NCBI GenBank assembly: GCA_044222685.1
Contig: JBGAMU010000011.1
Location: forward strand, 4,582-68,581
DNA length: 64,000 nt
DNA from: Burkholderiaceae bacterium
GTDB taxonomy: Bacteria > Pseudomonadota > Gammaproteobacteria > Burkholderiales > Burkholderiaceae_C
Direction of reading: 5' to 3'
Both the position numbers and the translations under genes were made by a program. The notes below the pieces were generated by a model, which saw nothing but the letters and a program-made list of their open reading frames with translations, did not search any database and had not been told where the DNA came from. This document shows positions 10,797 to 20,833 of the stretch, piece after piece; within the stretch, counting starts at the first letter, position 1; each line of letters starts with the position of its first letter.

Positions 10797-12781
10797 GGTG
10801 CGGCACCCGCTGTGGTGGCGGGCGCGGCCGCCCGCTCGCGGCTGGTCGCCCGGTAGCGCCGGTCCGACGCGGCGAGCGCGCCACCCAGCGCCATCAGCAG
10901 GCAGCCGCCCCAGATCCAGTCGACGAACGGTTTGTAGTACACCCGCACGATCCAGGCGTTGCCGCCCACCGGCTCGCCGAGCGACACATAGAGGTCGCGC
11001 GTGAAGCCGGTATTGATGGCGGCTTCGGTCATCGGGTTCTGCTGCACGCGGTAGATGCGCTTCTCGGGGCGCATCGTCGCCACCGCCTTGCCATTGCGGG
11101 TGACTTCGATCAGGCCCTGCGCGCCGCCGTAGTTGGGGCCCTGGATCTCGCGCACGCCGCGATAGGTGAACACGTAGCCGGCGAGCTCGGTGGTGTCGCC
11201 CACGTCCATCTTGAGATCACGCTCGATCTCGTAGGTCTTGACCATGCTGACGCCGAAGGCGAAGGCGGCGACGCCCAGATGCGCGACCATCATGCCGATC
11301 ATCGTGCGCGGCAGCAGACGTGCACGCGCCAGTACACCGGCGCCGCCGGCGATGCCGGTGGGCTTGATGCGTTCCCACACGTCGGTGGCGATCGCGAGCA
11401 CGATCCACCAGCTCATCAGGAAACCGAGCGTGGCTATCGCCGTGATGCGACCCATCACCCAGCCGGTGGCAAAGGCGGCGACCACCGCGACCACGCCGGC
11501 CCAGCGCAGACGGCGCGCAAGGTCGGGCAGCGCGGCCTGGCGCCAGCGCGCCAGCGGGGCGATCGCCATCAGGAACACCACCGGCGCCATGATCGGCACG
11601 AACACCGATTCGAAGTACGGCGGGCCGACGGAGATCTTGCCCAGGCCGAGCGCGTCGAGCACCAGCGGGTACAGCGTGCCGAGCAGCACGGTGGCCATCG
11701 CGACCACCAGCATCACGTTGTTGCCGAGCAGCATCGACTCGCGCGAGACGAGCTCGAAGCGCGCACCGAGACCGACCTTGGGTGCCCGCCAGGCATACAG
11801 CGACAGCGAACCGCCGATCACCACCACCAGGAAGGCGAGGATGAACAGGCCGCGCTCGGGGTCGGTGGCGAACGCATGCACCGACGACAGCACGCCCGAG
11901 CGGACCAAGAAGGTGCCGAGCAGCGACAGCGAGAAGGCCATGATCGCCAACAGCACCGTCCACGACTTGAACGCACCGCGTTTCTCGGTCACGGCCAGCG
12001 AGTGGATCAGCGCGGTGCCGACGAGCCACGGCATGAACGAGGCGTTCTCCACCGGGTCCCAGAACCACCAGCCGCCCCAGCCGAGCTCGTAGTACGCCCA
12101 CCAGCTGCCGAGCGCGATGCCGATCGTGAGGAAGATCCAGGCCGCGGTGGTCCACGGCCGCGTCCAGCGCGCCCAGGTGGCGTCGAGGTTGCCGCCGATC
12201 AGCGCGGCGATGGCGAATGCGAAGGCGACCGAGAAGCCGACATAACCCATGTAGAGCATCGGCGGATGGATCACCATGCCCGGGTCCTGCAGCAGCGGGT
12301 TCAGGTCGCGCCCGTCGGGCGCCGCCGGCAGCAGCCGCTCGAACGGATTCGACGTGAGCAGCATGAACAGCAGGAAGCCCACGCTGACGAGTCCCATCAC
12401 CGCCAGGATGCGCGCGACCACCGGGGCCGGCAGATGGCGGCTGAACTGCGCAACCGCCAGCATCCACAGGTTCAGCATCAGCAGCCACAGCAGCAACGAG
12501 CCCTCATGGCCACCCCAGACGCCGGCGATGCGATAGGCCACCGGCAGTGCGGAGTTGGAGTTCGAGGCGACGTACAGCACCGAGAAGTCGTTGTAGATGA
12601 ACGCATACGTCAGGCAGCCGAAGGCAAAGATCACCAGCAGGCACTGCGTCTGCGCGGCCGGACGGGCGAGCGACATCCAGTCATGGCGGCCCTGTGCGGC
12701 GCCGGCGATCGGCAGCGTGCCCTGCACGCAGGCGATCGCGAGCGCCAGCAGCAGCGCGACCTGGCCCAGTTCGGGGATCAT
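10793..12781 (-). CDS. ccmF: haem lyase subunit CcmF
   Basis: 662-aa polytopic protein with the WWD motif [19 protein letters not shown]. Confidence 0.95.
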   Translation of the reverse strand: MIPELGQVALLLALAIACVQGTLPIAGAAQGRHDWMSLARPAAQTQCLLVIFAFGCLTYAFIYNDFSVLYVASNSNSALPVAYRIAGVWGGHEGSLLLWLLMLNLWMLAVAQFSRHLPAPVVARILAVMGLVSVGFLLFMLLTSNPFERLLPAAPDGRDLNPLLQDPGMVIHPPMLYMGYVGFSVAFAFAIAALIGGNLDATWARWTRPWTTAAWIFLTIGIALGSWWAYYELGWGGWWFWDPVENASFMPWLVGTALIHSLAVTEKRGAFKSWTVLLAIMAFSLSLLGTFLVRSGVLSSVHAFATDPERGLFILAFLVVVIGGSLSLYAWRAPKVGLGARFELVSRESMLLGNNVMLVVAMATVLLGTLYPLVLDALGLGKISVGPPYFESVFVPIMAPVVFLMAIAPLARWRQAALPDLARRLRWAGVVAVVAAFATGWVMGRITAIATLGFLMSWWIVLAIATDVWERIKPTGIAGGAGVLARARLLPRTMIGMMVAHLGVAAFAFGVSMVKTYEIERDLKMDVGDTTELAGYVFTYRGVREIQGPNYGGAQGLIEVTRNGKAVATMRPEKRIYRVQQNPMTEAAINTGFTRDLYVSLGEPVGGNAWIVRVYYKPFVDWIWGGCLLMALGGALAASDRRYRATSRERAAAPATTAGAAP

Positions 12782-13242
12782 GGCTTGCCTCCGGTGGCGG
12801 CGTTGGAGGTCATGTTGCCGCCGGACTGCTGCGCGCGCTTGAGCGCCTCGCCGGCTTCGGGCGGCATGTAGTTCTCGTCGTGCTTGGCCAGCACCTCGCG
12901 GGCGACGAAGGTACCGTCGTCGCGCAGCTGGCCTTGGGCGACGACGCCTTTGCCTTCCTTGAACAGGTCGGGCAGGATGCCCTGGTACTGCACCGGAATC
13001 GTCTGCGCGGTGTCGGTCACGGCGAACTGCACCACGGTGCCGTCGCGTTTGACGCTGCCTTCCTTGACCAGGCCACCCAGGCGGAACGTGCGGCTCACCG
13101 GCGCCTCCTTGGCCACGATCTGCGACGGCGAATAGAAGAACACCAGGTTGCTCTGGAACGCGTTCAGCACCAGGCCCACCGCCACGCCGACGGCGCAGAC
13201 GATGCCGCCGATGATGGCCAGACGCTTGTGACGTGGTTTCAT
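12778..13242 (-). CDS. ccmE: haem chaperone CcmE
   Basis: [13 protein letters not shown]... membrane anchor and the haem-binding [12 protein letters not shown] motif. Confidence 0.95.
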   Translation of the reverse strand: MKPRHKRLAIIGGIVCAVGVAVGLVLNAFQSNLVFFYSPSQIVAKEAPVSRTFRLGGLVKEGSVKRDGTVVQFAVTDTAQTIPVQYQGILPDLFKEGKGVVAQGQLRDDGTFVAREVLAKHDENYMPPEAGEALKRAQQSGGNMTSNAATGGKP

Positions 13243-13418
13243 GAAGAAGCCTCCTGAGATGCGGGATCGGCGGCCGCGCGCAAGGCCTGGCGCCGGTGGC
13301 GCGCGACGAGCCACGGTTCGGCGAACATCAGCGCGGCGGTGACGACGTAGGAGCCCCACACGTACAGGCCGTAGCCGCGCATCGAGAAGAAGTCGGACCA
13401 GCTCGACCAGTTCATCAT
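13239..13418 (-). CDS. ccmD: haem exporter protein CcmD
   Basis: 59-aa single-TM protein ([32 protein letters not shown]...) between ccmC and ccmE, with 4-nt overlaps on both sides. Confidence 0.8.
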   Translation of the reverse strand: MMNWSSWSDFFSMRGYGLYVWGSYVVTAALMFAEPWLVARHRRQALRAAADPASQEASS

Positions 13419-14188
13419 CGCTCCTTGCGCGCGAGCGCCATGTCGCGCACCCAGTCGGTGTCGCGTTCGCGCTCGAGCGCGAGTGCCTGTGCGCGGGTGA
13501 ACACCGTCGCGAAGGCATAGGCCCAGAAGGCAAAGGTCATCAGCATCATGGCGATCAGCATCGTATGGGCCATTTTCGGTGCTGCCGTCATGCTGATGGT
13601 GGCACCTTGATGCAAGGTGTTCCACCAACGCACCGAGAAGTAAATGATCGGCACGTTGACGGCACCCACGATGGCCAGAACCGCGCCGGCCTTGTCGCCG
13701 CGCACCACGTCGTCGATCGACGCCACCAGCGCGATGTAGCCCAGATACAGGAACAGCAGGATGAGTTCCGACGTCAGCCGCGCGTCCCAGACCCACCAGG
13801 TGCCCCAGGTCGGCTTGCCCCAGAAGGCGCCGGTCCACAGCGCGAGGAAGGTGAACATCGCGCCGGTCGGTGCGATCGCACGGGCCAGCATCGAGGCCAT
13901 GCGCGCGTTGAACATCCAGCCGATCGCCGCCCAGAATGCCATCGCGAGGTACAGGATCATCGACATCCACGCCGCCGGCACGTGGATGAAGATGATGCGG
14001 TACGACTCGCCCTGCGTGGCGTCGGTCGGCGCGATGAAAAACCCTACATAAAGTCCGGCCAATGCGAGGCCGGCCGCGATGGTCCACAGCCACGGATTCA
14101 GCAGGCCGGCAAGCCAGTAGAAGCGCGATGGCGCGGCGAAGGTGAACCAGCGGATCGGGCGGTTCATCGGCTCTTCACTCCAGCGCAA
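13415..14188 (-). CDS. ccmC: haem exporter protein CcmC
   Basis: Polytopic protein with the WWD motif [14 protein letters not shown]. Confidence 0.9.
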   Translation of the reverse strand: MRWSEEPMNRPIRWFTFAAPSRFYWLAGLLNPWLWTIAAGLALAGLYVGFFIAPTDATQGESYRIIFIHVPAAWMSMILYLAMAFWAAIGWMFNARMASMLARAIAPTGAMFTFLALWTGAFWGKPTWGTWWVWDARLTSELILLFLYLGYIALVASIDDVVRGDKAGAVLAIVGAVNVPIIYFSVRWWNTLHQGATISMTAAPKMAHTMLIAMMLMTFAFWAYAFATVFTRAQALALERERDTDWVRDMALARKER

Positions 14189-14861
14189 TGCTCAACGCGA
14201 ACGAGGTGGCCAGCGGCGCCGTCAGCGCGGTGAGGATCAGCAGCGCGCCCAGCAGCGAGAAGTGCCCGGCGGTCGACACACCGCTGTCGACCGCGCTGAC
14301 CGCGCCCGCGCCGAAGATCAGCGCCGGCACCGCCAAGGGCAGGATCAGCAGGATCAGCAGCACGCCGGCGCTGCGCAGCCCGAGCGTCAGCGCGGCACCC
14401 ATGCCGCCGAGCAGGCTCAGGATCGGCGTGCCGAGCAGCAGCGACGCGACCAGCGTGCCGAGCGCGGCGCTGCTCATGTCGAGCAGCAGGCCGATCAACG
14501 GCGCCGCCAGCACCAGCGGCGCACCGGTCACCGTCCAGTGTGCGGCGGCCTTGGCGCTGGCCACGACGAAACCCGATTGTCCTGACAAGATCATTTGTTC
14601 GAGTGAACCGTCCGCATGATCGCCTGCATACAGGCTGGTGACCGACAGCATCGACGCCAGCAGTGCGCTCACCCAGACCACGCCGGCCGCGATCTGGCGC
14701 AGCGTCTGCGGCTCGGGCCCGACGCCCAGGGGGAACAGGCTGACGGCGACGATGAAGAACACCACCGGCAGCAAGGCCTCGACGCGGCGGCGCAGGGCCA
14801 ATCGCAGGTCGCGGACGTAGACAGCACTGAAGGCGGCTCCCATGGATGATCGCTCAAGCAA
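14175..14861 (-). CDS. ccmB: haem exporter permease CcmB
   Basis: 228-aa hydrophobic six-TM-like protein between ccmA and ccmC. Confidence 0.9.
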   Translation of the reverse strand: MLERSSMGAAFSAVYVRDLRLALRRRVEALLPVVFFIVAVSLFPLGVGPEPQTLRQIAAGVVWVSALLASMLSVTSLYAGDHADGSLEQMILSGQSGFVVASAKAAAHWTVTGAPLVLAAPLIGLLLDMSSAALGTLVASLLLGTPILSLLGGMGAALTLGLRSAGVLLILLILPLAVPALIFGAGAVSAVDSGVSTAGHFSLLGALLILTALTAPLATSFALSIALE

Positions 14862-14864
14862 GTA

Positions 14865-15542
14865 TCAGGCAAATGGATCTAGGTCAAATTCGGCGAGGGT
14901 CGGCGCCGCGTGGCCTGGCGACAGGTGGCTGGTCAGCAGCACGCTGCCGCCGCGCGCGAGATGATCGTGAAGCAGTTCGTTCACCGCCTGCACGCCGTCG
15001 CTATCGAGTGCGTCGTAGGGTTCGTCGAGGATCCAGATCGAGGCGCGTTGCTCGAGCGCCAGGCGGGCCAGCGTGGCGCGGCGCCGCTGGCCCTGCGACA
15101 GTGTGCGCACCAGCGCATCGCGGCGCGAACCCATGCCGATGCGTTCGAGCGCGGCGCGTATCGCCGGCGCGTCGCTCGGGCGCCCGTGCATGCGAGCCAG
15201 GAAGGTGAGCGACTCCGTCACGCTCAGGTCGTCCTTCAAGGCATTGGCGTGGCCGACATAGACGCGCTGCGCGGCGTAGCCGGCAGCCGCACGCACCGGC
15301 TTGTCACCCCAAAGAATTTTCCCGGACTCGGGAACCGCCAATCCGGCAGCCAGGCGCAGCAGGCTGGTCTTGCCGCGGCCGTTGCGCCCGCGCAGCCACG
15401 TGGCTTCGCCCGGGCGCACCGCCAGGTTGACGCCGCGGAACAACACGCGATTGCCGCGGCGGCAGGCGAGATCGGAGGCAGTGAGTGTCGGCAGCTCCCC
15501 GGCGTCAGAACTCGTAGCGCGCGCCGAGGGAGTAGTTGACAC
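14865..15542 (-). CDS. ccmA: cytochrome c biogenesis ATP-binding export protein CcmA
   Basis: Walker A GRNGRGKTSLLR, signature LSQGQRRR and Walker B IWILDEP. The start overlaps the end of the upstream barrel gene by 38 nt, so the start is uncertain. Confidence 0.9.
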   Translation of the reverse strand: MSTTPSARATSSDAGELPTLTASDLACRRGNRVLFRGVNLAVRPGEATWLRGRNGRGKTSLLRLAAGLAVPESGKILWGDKPVRAAAGYAAQRVYVGHANALKDDLSVTESLTFLARMHGRPSDAPAIRAALERIGMGSRRDALVRTLSQGQRRRATLARLALEQRASIWILDEPYDALDSDGVQAVNELLHDHLARGGSVLLTSHLSPGHAAPTLAEFDLDPFA

Positions 15543-18249
15543 GGTTGGACGATTCCTTCGTGGTGACGGTCAGTGCCGGATCGTTCGGGTCCGGCCCGAC
15601 CCGCGAGGCCTTGCCCAGCTCGTAGGTGACGCTGGACTCCAGCGCCCAGCGCTGCCAGCCGCGATAGGTCACGCGCAGCCCGGGCGTCCAGCGCTGGCTC
15701 GTGCTGCCCTGGGGCGTGCGATCCCGGTAGTACTGCAAGGACGGCTCGAGTTGCCAGACCCCGCCCACCACCGACGAGAGATTGTAAGAGAGCAGCAAAC
15801 CGTCCAGACTGACGCTCGAGATCGCGGTGGTCGAGAACACGTGGGTGTCGCGGGTCGAGTAGAGGTTCAGGCCGATCAGCTGCGCACTCAGCGAATAGAT
15901 GTTGCCCGACGCGGCGCGCTCGGTCTCGAATCCGGCGACGCCTGGCACCGGCGGAATGGCGCCGATGCTCGTCAGCTGCAGGCTGGCACCGACCTGCCAG
16001 GTCTTGTCCAGCGGCTTGGTCATGCCGATCTGGCCCTGTGTGATGTAGGGCGTGGTCAGCTTGATCTGCTCGCGCAGCGCTTCGACCGTGGTGGCAGGCG
16101 GTCCGTTGAGCTTGTCCTGGATGCGCGTGAAGATCTGGCCCGGGTTGGCGATGTCGGCGAAGATGAGGCCGTTGCCGAGTGCGAGCAGGCTCAGCGCACG
16201 CTTGTCGTACAGCGCATTGAAGACGGTGGCGTCCTCCATGATCATGGTCGCCTGCACGGTGGCGATGTTCAGGCCCTTGATCGCAATGTCGTAGTCGTAC
16301 TGCGAGAAGATCGACGCGCCGCCCTTGAAGTAACGCATCTCCAGGCCGACCGCGCGCCGGTCGACCTCGCTGTCGATCTTCTGCTCGATGCCGTACAGCG
16401 CCGCGCCGAAGTTCGGCAACAGGCCGTCGGCATCGATCGAGGCGCCGTAGAAATGGCGTTTCGAATCGAAGAACTTGTCGGTCGGCTGGCCGGCCACCGC
16501 GCCGAGCTTGATCTTGGGCCGCAGCAGGTAGTTGGCCGAAACCCCGTCGAAGCGGCCCATCACGCCGCCGCCGGTGGGCGACTGCCGGCCGAGGCGCACA
16601 CCGTAGCCGCCGCTGATCGACTTGTAGTCGAAGTACAGCGCCGACAGGCGGTTCTTGCTCTTGTCGGTGCGCTCGAGGTCGCTGGTGTACGAGTCGCGGA
16701 ACACGAAACGCATGTCGCGGTCGCCGTCGCGCTGTCGCCAGTTGAGGTCGACGTCGTTGAGCAGCTGGCTGGTCTTGTCGGTGCTGAACAGAGGGTCGCC
16801 GGAAATCTGCGGCAGGCCGGCGACCGGCGAGTCCTTGAAGTCCTGACTGCGGATCTGGCCGTTGCCGCCGAAGTAGTACATCGACACCGATCCCGTCACC
16901 GTGGTTTCGGTCGCCGGGCGCGGGCGGCCTTCGGTGGCCGCCGCCGGCGTGGCCGGCAGCGCAGCGAGTTCGCGTCGCACGCGATCGGTGCCGTCGCCCT
17001 GGGGATACAGCTGCAGGTAGGTTTCGAACTCGATGCGAGCACGAGCGACATCGCCCGAGCGTGCGCGCGCCACGCCGGCCATCTCTTGCGCGGTGCGGGT
17101 GTTGCGGTTCGGCGGCAGGTTGAGCAGTTCGTTGAGCGCCTCGAGCGCACCTGGGTAGTTCAGTTGCGTCATGGCCGCCTGCGCGGTCGCCAGCAGCGCA
17201 TTGGAACGTGTCTCCACTTCGGCCGCACTCAGCACGGGCGGCTCGGCTATTGCGGGCGCAGTGACCGCGGGTGCGGCAGGTGCGACCGGCGGCGGGACAG
17301 TCGGCGCAGGGACCACCGGCGCAGGTGTCGTGGACGGCGCTGGCACCGGCACAGGCACCGGCATCGGACTGGGCGCGGGCGCGGGACCCGGTGGTGGTAC
17401 CGGCGTCGGCGCTGCACGCGGCGCGGGAGCCGGTGGCTGTGCTGGAGCGGGAGCGGGTGCCGGGGCAGGCGCTGTGGCGACAACCGCCGGCGCGGCCGGC
17501 GCCGCTGCCACGATGGACGCCTGCGGGAACGCCGACAACTGCTGCAGCACCGCCTCGGCCTGCGTCCGGTTGGTGAAGTGGCCGAGCTGGATCTCGTAGC
17601 GGCGTCGACCGTCGACGATGCGCTCTGCGGTGAACACGTCGTAGTTCTGCAGCCCGCGCGGAATCAACGTCGACAACTGAACGTTCGGCTGGCTCGACGA
17701 CTGCAACACGATCACGAACCGGCGGTCGGTCTCGGGCAGCGTCGCGGGTGTGGACTGCGTCGGCGCGTCGCTGGCCGCCACCGCGGGCGCAGGTGCGCGC
17801 CGAACCGGTGCGCCTTGGGCAGCGGTGACCGCGGCGCCGGCGCCTTCGATGACGACTTCGATGCTGCGATTGCCAGAGCCCGCGCGTACCGTCAGACGGG
17901 TCTGGTCGGCGGTGCGCAGCACGATCTTGCGGGCCCGCTCGCCGCGCTCGATCTCGTCGGCGATCGCCAGCTCGGGCAGGCCCTGCCGGGCGCCGAGGCG
18001 CAGCGTCTGCGTGGCGCGGATGTCGGCGTTCGTCTGCGTGACCAGCGAATAGAAGATCAGCGTCAGGTCGCCCGATCGGGTGGAGACCGCACGCTGGAAC
18101 TGCACCTCGGTGGCGAAGCGCAGTTGCAGGACGGCGTTGCTGCCTTCGCGGCGGACGTCAAACTGATCGATGGTCTGCGCATGGACTGCGCTGTTGCAGG
18201 CGGCCAGGACGGCCATCGTGACGATGCTGGGTCGGAGGAATGGATTCAC
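15505..18249 (-). CDS. outer-membrane beta-barrel protein with SPOR-like, Pro/Ala-rich and TPR N-terminal region (candidate porin of a porin-cytochrome complex)
   Basis: Signal peptide MNPFLRPSIVTMAVLAACNSAVHA. SPOR-like segment (RYEIQLGHFTNRTQAEAVLQQL) and a ~90-aa P/A linker. The ~465 C-terminal residues show alternating-hydrophobicity strands and end ...YSLGARYEF. Confidence 0.75.
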   Translation of the reverse strand: MNPFLRPSIVTMAVLAACNSAVHAQTIDQFDVRREGSNAVLQLRFATEVQFQRAVSTRSGDLTLIFYSLVTQTNADIRATQTLRLGARQGLPELAIADEIERGERARKIVLRTADQTRLTVRAGSGNRSIEVVIEGAGAAVTAAQGAPVRRAPAPAVAASDAPTQSTPATLPETDRRFVIVLQSSSQPNVQLSTLIPRGLQNYDVFTAERIVDGRRRYEIQLGHFTNRTQAEAVLQQLSAFPQASIVAAAPAAPAVVATAPAPAPAPAPAQPPAPAPRAAPTPVPPPGPAPAPSPMPVPVPVPAPSTTPAPVVPAPTVPPPVAPAAPAVTAPAIAEPPVLSAAEVETRSNALLATAQAAMTQLNYPGALEALNELLNLPPNRNTRTAQEMAGVARARSGDVARARIEFETYLQLYPQGDGTDRVRRELAALPATPAAATEGRPRPATETTVTGSVSMYYFGGNGQIRSQDFKDSPVAGLPQISGDPLFSTDKTSQLLNDVDLNWRQRDGDRDMRFVFRDSYTSDLERTDKSKNRLSALYFDYKSISGGYGVRLGRQSPTGGGVMGRFDGVSANYLLRPKIKLGAVAGQPTDKFFDSKRHFYGASIDADGLLPNFGAALYGIEQKIDSEVDRRAVGLEMRYFKGGASIFSQYDYDIAIKGLNIATVQATMIMEDATVFNALYDKRALSLLALGNGLIFADIANPGQIFTRIQDKLNGPPATTVEALREQIKLTTPYITQGQIGMTKPLDKTWQVGASLQLTSIGAIPPVPGVAGFETERAASGNIYSLSAQLIGLNLYSTRDTHVFSTTAISSVSLDGLLLSYNLSSVVGGVWQLEPSLQYYRDRTPQGSTSQRWTPGLRVTYRGWQRWALESSVTYELGKASRVGPDPNDPALTVTTKESSNRVNYSLGARYEF
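17236..17508 (-). repeat. Pro/Ala-rich low-complexity linker coding region
   Basis: APAAPAVVATAPAPAPAPAPAQPPAPAP...PVPVPVPAP...; GC-rich short-period DNA repeats. Confidence 0.8.
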
Positions 18250-18331
18250 TGATCTTTTCGTTCGAATGAGTGGATGCGTTCAGAAAGAGGTCCCGACGAT
18301 CGCGGGGCCGACCGCGCGGGCGATGGCATGG

Positions 18332-20833
18332 TCACCAGCTGCGATAGGGGGTTCCTCGGCTGCCGAGCGGGCGATGGCAACCGGATTGCGAGCAATCCGT
18401 GACGCCGGTGGATCTCTCGTGTGTCAGCGACTTCCTCTCCATGCTGCCGAGGAACGACTGACCGCTCGTGTGGCATCCCTTGCACCAGCCGGCACCGTTG
18501 CCCTGGCTGTTGTTGTGGTTCATCGTCATGGAGCTCCACGACGTGGTGTTGCTATGGCAGGCGTTGCAGTCCATCGCCGCGCCGTTGAGCAGTTGCACCT
18601 CGGGGATGTGGTTGCTCGGCTTGGCCAGCGCACCCTGCGTGCCCTGTGACACGTAGCTGCCGTTGTGGCACAGCTTGCACTGCGTGGCCGTCACCACCGT
18701 GTGGTTCATCGTCACCGCGGTCGAGAAGCTGGCTTGCGAGCGGTGGCATGAATCACACTTCGACACGCCGGTCGTCACCGGGATGTGGGTGCTCGGCTTG
18801 CCGCGCGCCGTGGCACCGTTGTGGCAGGTGTCGCAGGTGCCGGTGCCCACCGCATTGGCGGGCGAGTGGGCGAAGGTCACCGTGGCCCAGCTGGTGGTCG
18901 ACCGGTGGCAGCTCTCGCAGTTGCCGGTGATGGTGGCGTGCGTCGCGTTGTTGGGTTTGCCGACGGCGTTGAGGAAGGCGCCGGTGTGGCAGTTCGCGCA
19001 GTTGGTGCTGATCGAATAGTTCGCGTGCAGCCGACCGTTGGCCCAGCTCGTGAAGCTGCCCTTGTGGCACGCGTCGCAATTGGCTGCTGCAGTGATGGCC
19101 ACCGTCTGGTAAGGGATGTGATTCGTCGGCCTGCCGTCGGCCGGCGGGTAGCTGCCGGTGTGGCAGCTCGCGCACGCCGCGGTGACCACCATCTGCGTGT
19201 GGTTCCACTTCGTCGGTGTCCACAGCTGCGGGCTCACGTTGTGGCAGCTGAAGCAGTTGACGGTGGTGGGGAAGTGGTTCGCCGGTTTCGGCGTCGCCGC
19301 TCCGCCCGCGCCGTGGCACGACGTGCAGTTGGTCGCCGCGTTGAAGGTGCTGTGGTCGGTGCGGGCGCCGGCCCATGTGGCCGTGCTCTTGTGGCAGCTC
19401 TCGCAGTTGCCGGTCACGGTGGCGTGCGTGGCGTTGTTCGGCTTGCCGACGGCATTGAGATAGGCGCCGCTATGGCAGGTGACGCAGCCGGTGGCGACCG
19501 AGAAGTTGGTGTGGAAGCGCCCGTTGGCCCAGGTCGCGAAGCTGCCCTTGTGGCAGGCGTCGCAATTGGCGGCGGCCGACACCGCGACGGTCTGGTACGG
19601 CACGTGGTTGGTCGGCCGGCCGTCGGCCGGCGGGAAGCCGCCGGGGTGGGAGGTCGCGCAGGCCGCCGGGAAGGTGAACTGGGTGTGGTTCCACTTGGTC
19701 GGGGTCCAGCCGGCCGGGCTGACGGTGTGGCAGCCGAAGCAGTTGGCAGTGGTGGGGAAGTGCGCCGCCGGCTTCGGCGTCGCGGTGCCGCCCGCGGTGT
19801 GGCAGGTGGTGCAATTGGTTGCGGCGGTGAACGCGCTATGGTCGACCCTGGCCCCGCCCCAGGTGCTGGTGGTCTTGTGGCAGCTCTCGCAGTTTCCTGT
19901 CACGGTGGCATGCGTGGCGTTGTTGGGCTTGCCGACCGCGTTGAGGAACGTGCCGCTGTGGCAGGCGGCGCAGCCCGTCGTCACCGCGAAATTTGCGTGG
20001 AAGCGCCCGTTGGCCCAGGTGCTGAAGCTTCCCTTGTGGCAGGCGTCGCAGTTGGCGGCCGCCGCGACCGTGACGGTCTGATAGGGGACGTGGTTCGTCG
20101 GCCGGCCGTCGGCCGGCGGATACGCGCCGCTGTGACAGGTGGCGCATTGCGCCGTCACCACCATCTGCGTGTGATTCCACGCCGAAGGCCGCCAACTGGT
20201 GAACGTCTTGTGGCAGCTGTCGCAGGACTGGCCGGCATTGGTCGGCATGTGCTGCGCCGGCTTGCCGGTGGCGCGGCCTGCGCCGTGGCAGGTGGCGCAG
20301 GTGCCGGCGACCACGCCAACGTGGTCGAAGCCGGCCGCCGGCGACCAGGCGCTGGTGCGGTGACACGCATCGCACGACGCGCTGGTCTGGATGTGGTTGG
20401 ACGACTTGCCGCCAGCCGTGGAACCGTTGTGGCAGCTCTGGCAGCTGCCCGGCAGCACGCCGGCGTGGGTGAACCTGGCGCCGACATAGGTCTTCGTGTT
20501 GTGGCACGAATCGCAGGTCAGCTGGGCCGGGAAGGTCACGTGGTTCATCGGCTTCACGACGTTGCCTCGCGAGAACCGCAGGCCCGACACGTGGCACGAG
20601 GCACAGTCTCTCGGCGTGCCCTTGAAGATGCCGTTCAGGTGGCAGGACTCGCAGCGCGTCTGCACGTGCATGCCGGTCAGTGCGAAGCCGGTCTTCAGGT
20701 GGTCGAAGTCCTTGCCGCCCGACATCTGCGCCATGCTGGGCGGGGCCAGCAGCGCCATGGCGAGCCACAGTGCCGCGCCGAATCGAGCCGAGGCCGTTCG
20801 CCACATCCATCCCAGTTGAAACAGCTGCTTCAT
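18332..20833 (-). CDS. multihaem c-type cytochrome, 27 CxxCH + 1 CxxxxCH + 1 degenerate CxxSH
   Basis: I counted the motifs in the 881-aa track translation. Start set at MKQLFQLGWMWRTASARFGAALWLAMALLAPPSMAQ (signal peptide), overlapping the stop of the upstream cytochrome (ATGA). Ser/Thr/Asn/Ala-rich. Confidence 0.9.
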   Translation of the reverse strand: MKQLFQLGWMWRTASARFGAALWLAMALLAPPSMAQMSGGKDFDHLKTGFALTGMHVQTRCESCHLNGIFKGTPRDCASCHVSGLRFSRGNVVKPMNHVTFPAQLTCDSCHNTKTYVGARFTHAGVLPGSCQSCHNGSTAGGKSSNHIQTSASCDACHRTSAWSPAAGFDHVGVVAGTCATCHGAGRATGKPAQHMPTNAGQSCDSCHKTFTSWRPSAWNHTQMVVTAQCATCHSGAYPPADGRPTNHVPYQTVTVAAAANCDACHKGSFSTWANGRFHANFAVTTGCAACHSGTFLNAVGKPNNATHATVTGNCESCHKTTSTWGGARVDHSAFTAATNCTTCHTAGGTATPKPAAHFPTTANCFGCHTVSPAGWTPTKWNHTQFTFPAACATSHPGGFPPADGRPTNHVPYQTVAVSAAANCDACHKGSFATWANGRFHTNFSVATGCVTCHSGAYLNAVGKPNNATHATVTGNCESCHKSTATWAGARTDHSTFNAATNCTSCHGAGGAATPKPANHFPTTVNCFSCHNVSPQLWTPTKWNHTQMVVTAACASCHTGSYPPADGRPTNHIPYQTVAITAAANCDACHKGSFTSWANGRLHANYSISTNCANCHTGAFLNAVGKPNNATHATITGNCESCHRSTTSWATVTFAHSPANAVGTGTCDTCHNGATARGKPSTHIPVTTGVSKCDSCHRSQASFSTAVTMNHTVVTATQCKLCHNGSYVSQGTQGALAKPSNHIPEVQLLNGAAMDCNACHSNTTSWSSMTMNHNNSQGNGAGWCKGCHTSGQSFLGSMERKSLTHERSTGVTDCSQSGCHRPLGSRGTPYRSW
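18878..20176 (-). repeat. about 2.7 tandem copies of a ~161-aa (~485-nt) five-haem module inside the 27-haem cytochrome gene
   Basis: WNHTQ(M/F)..., C..(C/S)H..(Y/F)PPADGRPTNH(V/I)PYQTV...NCDACHKGSF..WANGR.H..., NAVGKPNNATHAT(V/I)TGNCESCH recur at aa 268, 429 and 591 of the track translation. Confidence 0.85.

Noticed and set aside
19646-19660. Treating the CATSH codon change as evidence that the 27-haem gene is a pseudogene.
   Set aside because: The 833-codon frame is intact and all other motifs are preserved. A single substitution does not justify a pseudogene call.
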